From: Acidobacteriota bacterium
GTDB taxonomy: Bacteria; Acidobacteriota; UBA890; WLXD01
Direction: 5' to 3'
Length of the DNA: 64,000 nucleotides
Assembly: GCA_963666055.2 (NCBI GenBank)
Contig: CAXWPH010000007.1
Location: forward strand, 64,001 to 128,000
Part shown: positions 32,538-43,061 of the stretch, piece after piece
Layout: each line of letters begins with the position of its first letter
Numbering within the stretch: the first letter of the stretch is position 1
The notes under the pieces: generated by a model
What the model was told of the DNA's origin: nothing
Database searches by the model: none
What the model saw: only the letters and a program-made list of their open reading frames with translations
Translations under genes and position numbers: made by a program

Positions 32538-34019
32538 TCAGCTATCGGCGACGCTCCCCGCTGACACACGCCGCCAGCGCACCCCCTCGGCGGTATCCTC
32601 GACTTCTACACCCAGCTCGCGGAGCTGTTTCCGTAGAGCGTCAGAGGCCTCGAAATCACGCGCCATGCGTGCCCTCGCACGCCGCACGATCAGCGCCTCG
32701 ACGTGCGGCGGAACCACCGGACCGCTGGCGCGGATGCTCGTCCCCTCGTGATCGATATCGAGCTCACGCCGCTCAACGTGCGGCAGGATGCCCCACAGCG
32801 AATCTACATCCACGAGCCACTCGGTCACCGCGTCGAGAGTGCTGCGATCGACCCCCTCTCGGTCGAGGGCGCTGTTGACCCGGCGCACCAGGCTGAACAC
32901 ATGGCCCAAAGCCCCGGCGCTATTGAGGTCGTCGTCGATGGCAGCGCCGAAATCCCGTTGAGCATCGAGCAAAGCGGCACGCACCGATGAGGCGCGCTCG
33001 GGATCGTAACTCGGCAGACGCTGTGATCGCTCCTCGATTCGTGCCAACAGCTCGTGCACCCGGCCGATCGACGCCGCGGCCTGCTCTATGGCCTCGAAGG
33101 TGAAATTGAGCGGGCGACGGTAGTGTACCGAGGCGAGCAAGTAGCGAATCGCCATCGGATCATGCCCGGCCTCGAGCAGCTGGACGAGGGTGTAGAAGTT
33201 CCCCAGCGACTTGGACATCTTGGTGCCGTCAACGATCAGATGGCTGCAGTGCATCCAGTAACGAACGAACTGCACTCCGGTCGCGGCTTCGCTCTGGGCG
33301 ATCTCGTTCTCATGATGCGGAAAGATGAGGTCGGCGCCACCAAGATGGATGTCGAAGGTCTCGCCCAGGTACTTCATGCTCATCGCCGAGCATTCCAGGT
33401 GCCACCCCGGCCTGCCTTCGCCGAACGGCGACGGCCACGAGGGCTCACCTTGGATGGCGGCCTTCCACAGGGTGAAGTCGCGGGAATCCTCCTTCGCCAG
33501 CCGGTCGCCCTCGACGCGCTCCGTCGATTTCATCGCCTCTGGATCGAGCCGCGCCAGCTGGCCGTAGGAAGCGAACGACCCGACTCGGAAAAAGACGTTG
33601 CCATCAGCGACATAGGCATGATCGTTGGCGAGCAGCCGCGAGATCAGGTCGATCATTTCCTCGATGTGGTCGGTCGCCCGCGGGTAGCACGCCGCCGGAC
33701 GCACTCCGAGCACTTCAAGGCCGCTGAGGAACTGCTCGACGAACGGCTCGGTGTGCTCGCGCAAGGGCACCCCGGCTTGTAGCGCACCGGAGATGGTGCG
33801 GTCGTCGATGTCCGTGATGTTCATCACCAGGTTCACGTCGTAGCCGCGCCACACGAGGTAGCGGTGCACGAGGTCAACCCAAACGAAGAAGCGGTAGTTG
33901 CCGATATGAGGTGTGTCGTAGACCGTGGGGCCACACGAGTAAACACACACTCGCGGCGGTAACAGTGGCTCGAACGGTTCCTTGCGGCGTGTTGAGGTGT
34001 TGTAGAAGCGCGTTGACAC
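32538..34019 (-). CDS. cysS: Cysteine--tRNA ligase
   Basis: [43 protein letters not shown]. Confidence 0.97.
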   Translation of the reverse strand: MSTRFYNTSTRRKEPFEPLLPPRVCVYSCGPTVYDTPHIGNYRFFVWVDLVHRYLVWRGYDVNLVMNITDIDDRTISGALQAGVPLREHTEPFVEQFLSGLEVLGVRPAACYPRATDHIEEMIDLISRLLANDHAYVADGNVFFRVGSFASYGQLARLDPEAMKSTERVEGDRLAKEDSRDFTLWKAAIQGEPSWPSPFGEGRPGWHLECSAMSMKYLGETFDIHLGGADLIFPHHENEIAQSEAATGVQFVRYWMHCSHLIVDGTKMSKSLGNFYTLVQLLEAGHDPMAIRYLLASVHYRRPLNFTFEAIEQAAASIGRVHELLARIEERSQRLPSYDPERASSVRAALLDAQRDFGAAIDDDLNSAGALGHVFSLVRRVNSALDREGVDRSTLDAVTEWLVDVDSLWGILPHVERRELDIDHEGTSIRASGPVVPPHVEALIVRRARARMARDFEASDALRKQLRELGVEVEDTAEGVRWRRVSAGSVADS

Positions 34020-34096
34020 TAGCAGGCCGTGGTGAAGGTGTGATGGGTCTGGTTACGCCGCCAAGGACACAGGTGCAAGGAGCAGCGACGCAAGCA
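34019..34096. mobile_element. Truncated, diverged left portion of MITE family B
   Basis: ctagcaggccgtggtgaaggtgtgatgggtctggttacg resembles 34097-34135; abuts the cysS GTG start. Confidence 0.75.
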
Positions 34097-34375
34097 CTAG
34101 CAGGCCGTGGTGAAAGTGTGGCGGGCCTGGTTACGGCGAGTTGGGGCCAGATGCAAGGCGGTCTGACGCAGGCGATGCCCTAGCCATCGTCCAGGAAGGC
34201 CAACGCCGCAGATGGCCCCAAATCGCCGTAACCCTCCGGGCGATAGGGGGTTGCGCGCGTATGCTGCGTCGTTCCTCGTCAACGATGGGGTAACCATCGC
34301 CTCCTCCTTTCTCCTTGCCTCCCCCTCGCAAGACCCTGTCGCCAGGCCCGCCACACTTTCACCACGGCCTGCTAG
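34097..34375. mobile_element. MITE family B, 279 bp, perfect 34-bp terminal inverted repeats
   Basis: ctagcaggccgtggtgaaagtgtggcgggcctgg (34097-34130) is the reverse complement of 34342-34375. Confidence 0.87.
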
Positions 34376-34656
34376 ACGCGGCACGAAACCGTGTGCGATT
34401 CGGCGCCCACGGCATCGAGACCGATGGTCACGTCGATGCCGTCGGTGACGACGATCAACCGAGCACGAATCACAGCCGCCGACGTTTTGCCGATATCGTC
34501 GAGCGCCTGTCGAACATCGGCCTCCAGTCGAGCGCTATCGCATCCGGCAGCGCCGGCGGCGGTCATGAAAGACTCAGTGGCGTTGACGACCAGACGGAAC
34601 ATCTCGGGGGCTGTCCCGGTGAGGGTAACCTCCTCGCCAACAAGCTCGTGGTTCAT
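34372..34656 (-). CDS. Hypothetical protein (94 aa)
   Basis: ATG start with TATACT upstream; the TAG stop lies inside the MITE terminal CTAG. Confidence 0.5.
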   Translation of the reverse strand: MNHELVGEEVTLTGTAPEMFRLVVNATESFMTAAGAAGCDSARLEADVRQALDDIGKTSAAVIRARLIVVTDGIDVTIGLDAVGAESHTVSCRV

Positions 34657-34762
34657 GATCGCAGTGATCGCCTTGTGGCCCGTGGACGCGGCGCCCGAAC
34701 CGCGCAGGGTGGCAGTATAGCTCACCCTATCTCTTGCGCCGGGCCGGTCGGATGCGGCGGTC

Positions 34763-35701
34763 TCAAGACGATGTCGGCCGTGTTTGGAAATACTGTCGGG
34801 TGGCTCGAACGTCGTCCTGGATCTGTGCCGCGAGTGCCGCGCCATCCGGAAACGCGCGTTCCTCGCGAAGCATGCGCAGCAGCGCAAGCTCGATGTTACG
34901 ACCGTAGATCGGCTCGGCGAAATCAAGCAGGTGGGCCTCGGCAACAAGGTCTCCGTGGGCCTCGAACGTGGGTCGACTGCCAATATTCGCGACTGCCTGA
35001 TGGGTGTCGCCACCGAGCCTCACCTCGGCCACATACACGCCGCGGCGCGGCGTGCAGATATTGCCGAGCTCGAGATTCGCCGTCGGGGCCGCCAGCAACC
35101 GACCGCGGCCCTTTCCGGAGACAACTTCCCCGGCGAGTGTGTAGGGCCTGCCGAGCAACGCTGCTGCCGCCTCGATCTTGCCCTTGCGGATGAGCTCACG
35201 GACGCGCGACGACGAAATCGGCTCGCCATCCACGACGACCGGTGGAACGCGCTCGACGCTGAACCCCGCATCCTCCGCCCGGCTCTCCAGGTACGCGGTG
35301 CGGCCGGCGCGCTCGCGACCGAAGGAAAACCCCTCACTGACGTGCACCGACCCGACGTCGAGCTCGGCGATGAGGAAGTCGTCTACGAATCGCCTTCGGC
35401 CTATCGCTGCGATCTGGCGATCGAAAGGGATCACCACCGCCACGTCGACACCGACGGCCTCGATCGCCGCAATGCGTTGTTCGGTGGTCTGCAGTGGCGC
35501 CGGGGGATTGTCCGACAACACCGCCATGGTGTGGGGATCGAAAGTGCACACGACAGCCTTCGCGCCTCGCTGGCGCGCCCCGTCCGTCGTTCGGCGCATG
35601 ACCTCCTGGTGCCCCAGGTGCACGCCGTCGAAGTTGCCGATGGTCACCGCAGGGCGATCGAGGTGAAGATCGAGATTGCGAAACCCGCGTACTACGCGCA
35701 T
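34763..35701 (-). CDS. ribF: Bifunctional riboflavin kinase/FAD synthetase
   Basis: TIGNFDGVHLGH, TFDPH, ISSSRVR, PTAN, NIGSRPTF, EAHLLDF. Confidence 0.95.
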   Translation of the reverse strand: MRVVRGFRNLDLHLDRPAVTIGNFDGVHLGHQEVMRRTTDGARQRGAKAVVCTFDPHTMAVLSDNPPAPLQTTEQRIAAIEAVGVDVAVVIPFDRQIAAIGRRRFVDDFLIAELDVGSVHVSEGFSFGRERAGRTAYLESRAEDAGFSVERVPPVVVDGEPISSSRVRELIRKGKIEAAAALLGRPYTLAGEVVSGKGRGRLLAAPTANLELGNICTPRRGVYVAEVRLGGDTHQAVANIGSRPTFEAHGDLVAEAHLLDFAEPIYGRNIELALLRMLREERAFPDGAALAAQIQDDVRATRQYFQTRPTSS

Positions 35702-36498
35702 CGGGATCGCTCCGGTATCGGCAGCTCGATGGTGAGCTCGTCGTGCGCCACGTCGACGCCGTCAGGGAGGGTCTCCTGGACGGCCGCGTGTTCCAGGTCG
35801 TGGCTCAAATGAGTCAGGTAGGCTCGCCTGGGTTGCAGCCTTGCCACCTGCTCCAGCGCCTGTTCCACGGTGAAATGCGATCGGTGTGGTTTGCGACGAA
35901 GCGCGTCAATGATCAGCACATCGAGGCCGCGCAGCCGGGCGGCGGCATCAGCGGGAATCTCGTTGCAGTCCGTAGCGTAGGCAAAGTCGCCGATGCGGAA
36001 TGCCCGCACGGTCCCCTGCCCGTGCGGCAAAGGGATTGCCTCGACCGTCAACCCGAACAGCTCGAAGCAATCACCGATCTCTACAGGTGTCAGCCTTGGT
36101 ACGGCGATGGCGTCAGGATCGAAGGCATACTCAAACATTCCCTGCAGCGCGGCAAGCGTTTGACCATCACCGTAGAGCGGGATCGCTCGTCGGTGGACGA
36201 AGTTGAAGATTCTGAGCTCGTCGAGCCCCAGAACATGGTCGGCATGAGCATGCGTATACATCACCGCGTCGACCCGGTCGACGCCCGCTCGTAGCGCTTG
36301 CTGGCGAAGATCGGTCGCAGTATCCACGAGTACCTTGACCACCTCCCCATCGGGTGTGGACCATTCCAGCAACAAACTGGCACGCAGGCGTCGGTTGCGA
36401 GGATCGGCAGATGTGCAAACATCGCAGCCGCATGTGATGACAGGAATCCCTGCCGAGGTGCCCGTACCCAGAAAGGTCACCCGAAGTCCGTCAAACAT
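35692..36498 (-). CDS. MBL-fold metallo-hydrolase (PhnP/LipB-like)
   Basis: FLGTGTSAGIP, CGCDVC, THAHADHVLG, YATD, SHF, THLSH. Confidence 0.9.
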   Translation of the reverse strand: MFDGLRVTFLGTGTSAGIPVITCGCDVCTSADPRNRRLRASLLLEWSTPDGEVVKVLVDTATDLRQQALRAGVDRVDAVMYTHAHADHVLGLDELRIFNFVHRRAIPLYGDGQTLAALQGMFEYAFDPDAIAVPRLTPVEIGDCFELFGLTVEAIPLPHGQGTVRAFRIGDFAYATDCNEIPADAAARLRGLDVLIIDALRRKPHRSHFTVEQALEQVARLQPRRAYLTHLSHDLEHAAVQETLPDGVDVAHDELTIELPIPERSRCA

Positions 36499-36606
36499 GG
36501 TCAGTTGGAAGGTCGCGAGCGGAGGGCGCCGGCACGCGGCGCCAGCGAACAGAGGCGGCGAACGGCGGCCGATCTTACCACGGCATACGTTCCTTGACTC
36601 CGGACT

Positions 36607-36639
36607 CTAGTGGCCCGTAACAGATGATCGTTGCATATC
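36607..36639. mobile_element. Solo terminal repeat of MITE family A
   Basis: ctagtggcccgtaacagatgatcgttgcatatc, 32/33 identical to the reverse complement of 17397-17429. Confidence 0.8.
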
Positions 36640-36651
36640 ATGGTGGAGCCA

Positions 36652-36936
36652 ATGTCCGAGCTGCTGTTGGTGCTTTACAGTCGCCCCGGTTGCCACCTTT
36701 GCGATGAGGCCAAGGAGGCCCTGGCGCCACTTGCAGCCCGCTACGCCCTGCGTGTCGAGGAGCGCAACGTCGAGCTGGATCCACGCTGGGAGCGCCAGTA
36801 CGGCGCGCAGATACCGGTGGGGGTGCTGGCCGGCCGCAAGGTGTTCAAGTTCCGGCTCGACTCGAGCCGCCTGGAGCGCTCCATTCAAGCGTACTTGCGA
36901 GCCAGAAAGGAACCTGCGACCGGTGCCGCAGGATGA
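36652..36936 (+). CDS. Glutaredoxin-like protein (DUF836 type)
   Basis: LYSRPGCHLCD, YG..IPV; RBS GGAG. Confidence 0.85.
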   Translation: MSELLLVLYSRPGCHLCDEAKEALAPLAARYALRVEERNVELDPRWERQYGAQIPVGVLAGRKVFKFRLDSSRLERSIQAYLRARKEPATGAAG

Positions 36937-37002
36937 CCGGCGCGACGATCGCTGTGCTAACCTCTAGCTTGTTTCTCGGCACGAATTGCACGGAGCGATT
37001 CC

Positions 37003-37452
37003 ATGGGGATTCGACGCAAAGGGATCGTGATCGCGGGGTTGGTCGTGGCCACGGCGCTCGGCTACCTGATCGTTACCGGCATGCGCGATACGATGGTGTT
37101 CTACTACACCGTCAGCGAGGTCACCTCGCAGCGTGAGGCGCTCAGCGACGTCCCGCTGCGCATTGCCGGCAAGGTCGTCGCCGGCACGATTCAGGTGTCG
37201 GACACGAATCATCTCGATCGGCGATTCGTGATCCAGGAAGGTGGTTTCCAGATTCCGGTCACTTATCACGGCATCACGCCAGACACACTGGTCGACGGTG
37301 CCGACGCCGTGGTCGAAGGCAAACTGGGTGCCGACGGCGTGTTCCACGCCACCTTCGTGATGGCCAAGTGCCCCTCGAAGTACGAGGCCGAGACCGACCT
37401 CTCCAAGTACCGCGAGGCCGGCGTCGCGCCCCGCACCCAGACCTCGCCCTGA
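37003..37452 (+). CDS. ccmE: Cytochrome c maturation heme chaperone, Cys-type
   Basis: N-terminal TM, OB-fold pattern, AKCPSKY (CxxxY). Confidence 0.92.
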   Translation: MGIRRKGIVIAGLVVATALGYLIVTGMRDTMVFYYTVSEVTSQREALSDVPLRIAGKVVAGTIQVSDTNHLDRRFVIQEGGFQIPVTYHGITPDTLVDGADAVVEGKLGADGVFHATFVMAKCPSKYEAETDLSKYREAGVAPRTQTSP

Positions 37453-37477
37453 TCACGGGCAGCGGAGCTTCCCGCAG

Positions 37478-39439
37478 TTGATCGTTCTAGGTCACAGCGC
37501 CCTGATCGCGGCGTTTGCCACGGCGGCATACACAATCGCTGTGGCGATGCTTGGCGTCCGACGCCGGCAGCCCAACCTTGTGGCAAGCGCCCGCAACGGT
37601 GTGTACGTAACCTCGGGCCTGGTATTCGTTGCCGTAGGGTCGCTTCTCTGGTTGATGGCCAACGATCGCTTCGTCGTTCGCTACGTCGCCGAGAACTCGC
37701 GTATCGACCAGCCGCTCATCTACAAGATTTCGGCGCTCTGGGGCGGAATGGCGGGGTCGTTGCTGTTGTGGACCGTGATTCTGTGCATGTACTCGTCGCT
37801 GGCCGCGTGGATCAATCGGCGCCGGCACCCGGAGCTCATGCCCTACGTCTATACCGTATGCATGACGACGGCGTTGTTCTTCATCGCGCTGCAGCTGTTC
37901 GCTGCGGATCCATTCGAGACGCTGCCCTTCACGCCGCTGGATGGGCGTGGCCTGAACCCGCTGCTGCAAAACCCGGCGATGGCCATCCACCCGCCCAACC
38001 TATACCTGGGCTTCGTGGGGTTTACGATCCCGTTCGCTTTCGCCATCGCCGCGCTGGCTAGCGGACGGCTAGATACATCGTGGCTCCACGCTATTCGACG
38101 TTGGACGATCGTTGCCTGGTTCTTCCTGTCCATCGGCATCACGCTGGGAGCGCAGTGGGCCTATGTCGAGCTCGGCTGGGGAGGCTACTGGGGCTGGGAC
38201 CCGGTGGAAAACGCCTCGTTGATGCCCTGGCTGATAGCGACCGCCTATCTGCACTCGGTGATGATCGAAGAGAAGAAACAGATGCTGCGCGTATGGAACA
38301 TGCTGATGGTGATCGCCACCTTCGCGCTCTGCATCTTCGGCACGTTCCTCACCCGCTCGGGAATCGTCTCGTCAGTACACGCATTCACCACTTCGAACCT
38401 GGGCCCGCTGTTCGCCATCTTCCTGGCGGTCATCCTTGCGGTCAGCCTGGGCCTGGTGGCGTGGCGGCTTCCCGACCTGCGGAGCGAGAATCAGCTCGAG
38501 TCGGTGTTGTCGCGCGAGTCATCGTTTCTGTTTAACAACCTCGTCTTGGTAGTGTCCTGTTTCGCGGTGCTCTGGGGCACCATGTTCCCGGTGATCAGCG
38601 AGGCGGTAAACGGCGTCAAGATCACCGTCGGGCCGCCTTTCTTCAACCGCGTGAACGTGCCGATCTTCCTCTTACTCCTGGCGCTGACCGGTATCGGCCC
38701 GCTCATCGCCTGGCGGCGGGCCTCGTGGCCCAGCCTCCGTCGGGCATTCGTCTGGCCAAGCATCGCAGGGCTTGGCACGGTGATCGTGATGTTGGTAATG
38801 CGCGTCGGCGGTGTCTACTCACTCATGTCGATCGGCCTGTCGGCGTTCGTCGTTGGTACCGTTGTCCAGGAGTTCTGGCGCGGTACTCGGGCACGATCCT
38901 CTGCCAACGGCGAGTCGTGGCACCAAGCACTGCTCGGCCTCACGATGCGCAACAAGCGTCGCTACGGCGGCTACATCATTCACGTAGGGGTGGTCCTGAT
39001 GGCCATAGGTATCACCGGATCTAGCGTGTTCCAGCGCGAGGTAGAGGCGACCCTGCGCCCAGGCGAAACCGTCGATATAGGTAGCTATCGGCTCCAATAC
39101 GAGGAGCTCAACCACTTCCAGGTGAGCGGCGTAGAGGTGAGCTCGGCTTCGCTGATCGCCTTTGCTGGAGGCCGCCCTCGGTTCCGGCTGGTGCCGCAAC
39201 GGCACTTCCATCCGGCGCAGGACAATCCCACCACGGAAGTAGCGATTTGGAGCAGTCTGCGCCACGATCTATACATTGTGCTCGCTGGTTGGGATGCGCA
39301 GCAAACGGCGACGTTCAAGGCGTATTTGAATCCACTGGTGAAGTGGATCTGGATCGGCCTCGCGGTGCTGGCGTTGGGCTCCATTGTGGCGATGTTCCCC
39401 GACCGACGGCACAGCCAGGTCGGAATTCCCAACTACTGA
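37478..39439 (+). CDS. ccmF: Heme lyase CcmF
   Basis: GLNPLLQ, IHPP, WAYVELGWGGYWGWDPVENASLMPW, TRSG..SVHAF. Confidence 0.95.
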   Translation: MIVLGHSALIAAFATAAYTIAVAMLGVRRRQPNLVASARNGVYVTSGLVFVAVGSLLWLMANDRFVVRYVAENSRIDQPLIYKISALWGGMAGSLLLWTVILCMYSSLAAWINRRRHPELMPYVYTVCMTTALFFIALQLFAADPFETLPFTPLDGRGLNPLLQNPAMAIHPPNLYLGFVGFTIPFAFAIAALASGRLDTSWLHAIRRWTIVAWFFLSIGITLGAQWAYVELGWGGYWGWDPVENASLMPWLIATAYLHSVMIEEKKQMLRVWNMLMVIATFALCIFGTFLTRSGIVSSVHAFTTSNLGPLFAIFLAVILAVSLGLVAWRLPDLRSENQLESVLSRESSFLFNNLVLVVSCFAVLWGTMFPVISEAVNGVKITVGPPFFNRVNVPIFLLLLALTGIGPLIAWRRASWPSLRRAFVWPSIAGLGTVIVMLVMRVGGVYSLMSIGLSAFVVGTVVQEFWRGTRARSSANGESWHQALLGLTMRNKRRYGGYIIHVGVVLMAIGITGSSVFQREVEATLRPGETVDIGSYRLQYEELNHFQVSGVEVSSASLIAFAGGRPRFRLVPQRHFHPAQDNPTTEVAIWSSLRHDLYIVLAGWDAQQTATFKAYLNPLVKWIWIGLAVLALGSIVAMFPDRRHSQVGIPNY

Positions 39440-39441
39440 CG

Positions 39442-39972
39442 ATGGGTTACACCATGGGTGGAACGCGCCACGAAAACGGCACTGGAAAGCTATTCGTGCT
39501 GACTGCCGTCGTGGCGGCCGCAGTGGGGTTGGGTGCGGCGTGGTGGATGGCTCAGCCGGACTACAGCATCGACTCGTTCACTCGCCTGTCCGGTGAGATC
39601 GGCTGCCAGTGTGGAACCTGCCCTCTGAGACCAATCGCTACCTGCGGATGCGGCTACGCTGACGGCATGCTCGCCGAGCTCCACGAGCTGCTCGATTCCG
39701 GCCAATCCGATGAACAGGTCATGACCACCCTCGTGGCCCGCTACGACGGGTCGGTGCGCATCAAGCCCGAGGGCACCGGGCTCGGTTTGGCCGCCTGGGC
39801 AGCGCCCATCCTGCTGTTGACGGTGGGCGCCGTCGGTGTCGGATCGGTGCTGGCGCGCTGGACTCGACGCAATGCCGACAACAGCGGCGACGAGGCGGCC
39901 ACACCAGGCCGTGACGACGACGCCAGGCTACGCGAGATCGTCGAGCGCGAGCTGAGCTCGCTCGAAGACTGA
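39442..39972 (+). CDS. ccmH: CcmH-like protein with variant Cys motif
   Basis: GCQCGTC...CGCGY, GQSDEQV..RY, C-terminal TM WAAP. Confidence 0.7.
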   Translation: MGYTMGGTRHENGTGKLFVLTAVVAAAVGLGAAWWMAQPDYSIDSFTRLSGEIGCQCGTCPLRPIATCGCGYADGMLAELHELLDSGQSDEQVMTTLVARYDGSVRIKPEGTGLGLAAWAAPILLLTVGAVGVGSVLARWTRRNADNSGDEAATPGRDDDARLREIVERELSSLED

Positions 39973-40487
39973 TGGACGTCGTCATTCCCGTGGCGGTGGC
40001 GCTGCTGGCGGCCCTCGGGCTGCTCTATCCGTTAGTGCGACCCCCGTTGCTGGCTCTCGATGACGGCGGCGGACCATGGTCAAAGCTCGCCGCCCTCGAG
40101 GAGCGCAAGCTGTTGATCTACGGAGCGATCCGCGAAACGAGCTTCGACTTCCGCACCGACAAGGTCGGCGAGGAGGATTACCGGCACGAGATCGAGTTAC
40201 TGAAGAATCAGGCGATCGAGGTAGTGGCGGAGATCGAAGCGTTGCGCAACCAGGTGCCACACGCCACGAAGTCGCTCGAGAAGAGCATCTCCACGGCGCG
40301 GCAGCGCCTATTGCAGGCGGAGCGCGACGCATCAGAGGCAGCGACCGATCATGCCACCCCTGCGGGCCTGACGGCCGCCGGCACCACGTCCGTGGCGGCG
40401 GCCAGTTTTTGCACCTCCTGCGGCCACGCTACCGCCCCCGAAGATCGCTTCTGTGCCGCCTGCGGAGCCGGATTAAAAGCCACCTGA
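39972..40487 (+). CDS. Membrane-anchored coiled-coil protein with C-terminal double zinc ribbon
   Basis: FCTSCG...FCAACG; CcmI-like middle. Confidence 0.75.
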   Translation: MDVVIPVAVALLAALGLLYPLVRPPLLALDDGGGPWSKLAALEERKLLIYGAIRETSFDFRTDKVGEEDYRHEIELLKNQAIEVVAEIEALRNQVPHATKSLEKSISTARQRLLQAERDASEAATDHATPAGLTAAGTTSVAAASFCTSCGHATAPEDRFCAACGAGLKAT

Positions 40488-40489
40488 CA

Positions 40490-41665
40490 ATGCGCTGGAA
40501 GGGAGGTGTGGCCTGCAGCGCGATCGTCGTCCTGACCACCGGTGGCATGGCCCCGGCGGCACCGGCCCAAGACGAGACCACCTCGGTAGAGGCCCGCGCG
40601 ACGCTCCCCGACGGCTCCCGAGTAACACCACTCATGCGGCTGGAAGTACACGACGGCACCGACATCGTGTTTTCGGCGCGGGCCGATGCAGACGACACCG
40701 GCACCGTCCGGTGGGATTCGGTACCGGCCGCGCCGGGCATGCACGCCACCGTCAGCGCCGAGTACGACGGCGCCACCTATCGATCAGCAACCGCCACTAT
40801 GAGCGCCGGGACGGTTCTCCAGGTCGACCTACCGGTGTTCCCGGTGACCGCTGCCGGAAACCCGATCCACATCGACACGCTGCATGTGATTGTCCAGGCC
40901 GATGACCCCAACATCTACCGCGTCCTGCAGTTCATGACCGTCAGCAATGCCGGCCGCGCCGCCTACGCCGGTGGGCCGCTGCTCGACGATGGGCGACCGG
41001 CCGGATTGATGATTCCACTACCCGCTCAAGCGTCCGACGTCAGCCCTGCACCCTTCCCGACACCGGAAGACGCCCTGCCGCCAGCCGACACCGAGATCGA
41101 GCCCGGTCGAGTACTGGATGCGCGCCCGGTACCTCCCACCGGACGCCAGGTGGCGGTAACCTACACGTTGACTGCCGACGACAACCGCATGTCGTTCAGG
41201 CTCGATCTCCCCTACCCGGTACAAACCGTCAGTGTGATGCTGGGCGGGGACGCCGTGACGGGCCTCGAGCTCACCAGCACCACGCTGCAGCAAGACGAGC
41301 CGCAGGATATCGGCGGTCAACTGTACGAACTATGGACGGCGCAGGCCCTTTCACCGGGGACCGAGTTGTCGTTCGAGCTCGGCGCTCTCAGTGTCCGATT
41401 GCTGCCAACGCACTGGGCGCTGATCGGGCTCGCGATCGCCATGGTGTCGGCCGTATTGGCATCGCTGCATGGTGGAGGGTCGGTGCAACATGCTCGCCAG
41501 CTCCACGCTCGTCTGATCGATCAGATAGCGCGCCTCGACGTCGAACATGAGCGCGGCGAGATCGCCGACGCCCATTACTTCCGAGAGCGCGGCCAGGAGC
41601 TGGAGCGTCTACACCTACTGGAGCAACAGGCGAAGTCGGCGCGAGCGACGCGCGCGACCAGCTAG
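40490..41665 (+). CDS. Hypothetical exported protein with C-terminal TM in the ccm operon
   Basis: Signal peptide, beta-rich body, TM, LD.EHERGEI..Y tail. Confidence 0.7.
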   Translation: MRWKGGVACSAIVVLTTGGMAPAAPAQDETTSVEARATLPDGSRVTPLMRLEVHDGTDIVFSARADADDTGTVRWDSVPAAPGMHATVSAEYDGATYRSATATMSAGTVLQVDLPVFPVTAAGNPIHIDTLHVIVQADDPNIYRVLQFMTVSNAGRAAYAGGPLLDDGRPAGLMIPLPAQASDVSPAPFPTPEDALPPADTEIEPGRVLDARPVPPTGRQVAVTYTLTADDNRMSFRLDLPYPVQTVSVMLGGDAVTGLELTSTTLQQDEPQDIGGQLYELWTAQALSPGTELSFELGALSVRLLPTHWALIGLAIAMVSAVLASLHGGGSVQHARQLHARLIDQIARLDVEHERGEIADAHYFRERGQELERLHLLEQQAKSARATRATS

Positions 41666-41672
41666 GGCGGCC

Positions 41673-42383
41673 GTGCAAGCCACCATCGTTGCCCGTGGGC
41701 TCGGGAAACGGTTCGGCCGGCACGTCGGCTTGGCCGGCGTCGAGCTCGAGGTTCCGCGAGGCGAGTTCCTTACCATCTTTGGGCCCAATGGTGCCGGTAA
41801 GACAACCCTCATTCGTTGTTTATCGACGCTGGCGCGTCCCACCACCGGCACCGTCGAGATCCTCGGAACCGGGCTGGTCAGCGCCAGTGCCAAGATCCGT
41901 GCACGGATCGGCGTCGTATCGCACGAATCATTCCTCTATGGACAGCTCACGGCGCGCGAGAACCTGCTTTTCTACGCCCGAATGTTCGGCGTCGAGCAAC
42001 CTGAAACACGCGTGCGCGCCGTTGCCGACATGATGCAGCTCAGCAATCGTCTCGATGATCAGGTGCGAGCCTTCTCGCGTGGGCTAGTACAGCGATGCTC
42101 CATCGCACGCGCCTTGGTACACGAGCCCGACGTGCTGCTATTCGACGAGCCGTTCTCCGGGCTCGACCCTCTCGCCGCCACACGCTTGGTGGACATCTTG
42201 CGCGCCGCCCACGACGCCGGTGGCACCGTCGTCATGACCAGCCATGACCTTCGCCGCGGCATCGAGCTGGCCGACCGCGTGGCGGTGCTTCGGCGAGGCA
42301 AGCTAGCTCATATCCAGCCGGCGAGCACCGCTGACGATTTCGAAGCCATTTACTACGGCCTGGTCGCGGAGGGTGGCCGATGA
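41673..42383 (+). CDS. ccmA: Heme exporter ATP-binding protein
   Basis: GPNGAGKTT, FSRGLVQR, LLFDEPFSGLD; operon context. Confidence 0.9.
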   Translation: MQATIVARGLGKRFGRHVGLAGVELEVPRGEFLTIFGPNGAGKTTLIRCLSTLARPTTGTVEILGTGLVSASAKIRARIGVVSHESFLYGQLTARENLLFYARMFGVEQPETRVRAVADMMQLSNRLDDQVRAFSRGLVQRCSIARALVHEPDVLLFDEPFSGLDPLAATRLVDILRAAHDAGGTVVMTSHDLRRGIELADRVAVLRRGKLAHIQPASTADDFEAIYYGLVAEGGR

Positions 42384-43057
42384 GCGCCGCGCGCCACATC
42401 GCACTGATCGTCGCCAAGGACCTGCGCGGCGAACTGCGCACCAAGGAGGCCTTGACGTCGACTGTCTTCTTCTCTCTGCTCGTGCTGCTGGTCTTCAACT
42501 TCGCGTTCGATCCCGGTACCCGAGACCTCAGCGTCGTCGGCGCCGGAATTCTCTGGATAGCGTTCCTGTTCGGTTCCATTCTGGCGATGAACCGCTTGAT
42601 GCTCGACGAGAGGGAGGACGCCAGGCTCGAGGGGTTGATGCTCTGCCCTATGGAGCGCACCAGCCTGTATATCGCCAAGTGCTTGAGCATGTTCTTGCTG
42701 CTCTCGGCCACCGAGATCGTGACCCTGGTGCTGTTCGTAGTCTTCTTCAACGTGCCCCTCGACGGCCAATTCGGGGCACTCGCGCTTGTCGTGGTACTCG
42801 GCACGATAGGTCTGGTGGCGTTGGGGACAACGCTCGCCACCATGTCGGTTCGGACACGAACGCGCGAGGTGATGCTGCCTCTGTTGTTGATACCCTTCGC
42901 CGTCCCTCTGCTGATCGCCTGCGTCGAGACAACCGGTTCCATCCTGGCCGGCCGCGGTCTCGCTGAGGAGCTACACTGGCTGAGATTGCTGATTGCCTTC
43001 GACGCTCTGTTCCTAGCACTCGGATACCTGACGTTCCCTGCCCTACTCGAGGAGTGA
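42380..43057 (+). CDS. ccmB: Heme exporter membrane protein
   Basis: KDLRGELR, GILWIAFLF, EREDARLEGL, LPLLLIP..VPLLI. Confidence 0.92.
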   Translation: MSAARHIALIVAKDLRGELRTKEALTSTVFFSLLVLLVFNFAFDPGTRDLSVVGAGILWIAFLFGSILAMNRLMLDEREDARLEGLMLCPMERTSLYIAKCLSMFLLLSATEIVTLVLFVVFFNVPLDGQFGALALVVVLGTIGLVALGTTLATMSVRTRTREVMLPLLLIPFAVPLLIACVETTGSILAGRGLAEELHWLRLLIAFDALFLALGYLTFPALLEE

Positions 43058-43061
43058 GCAC

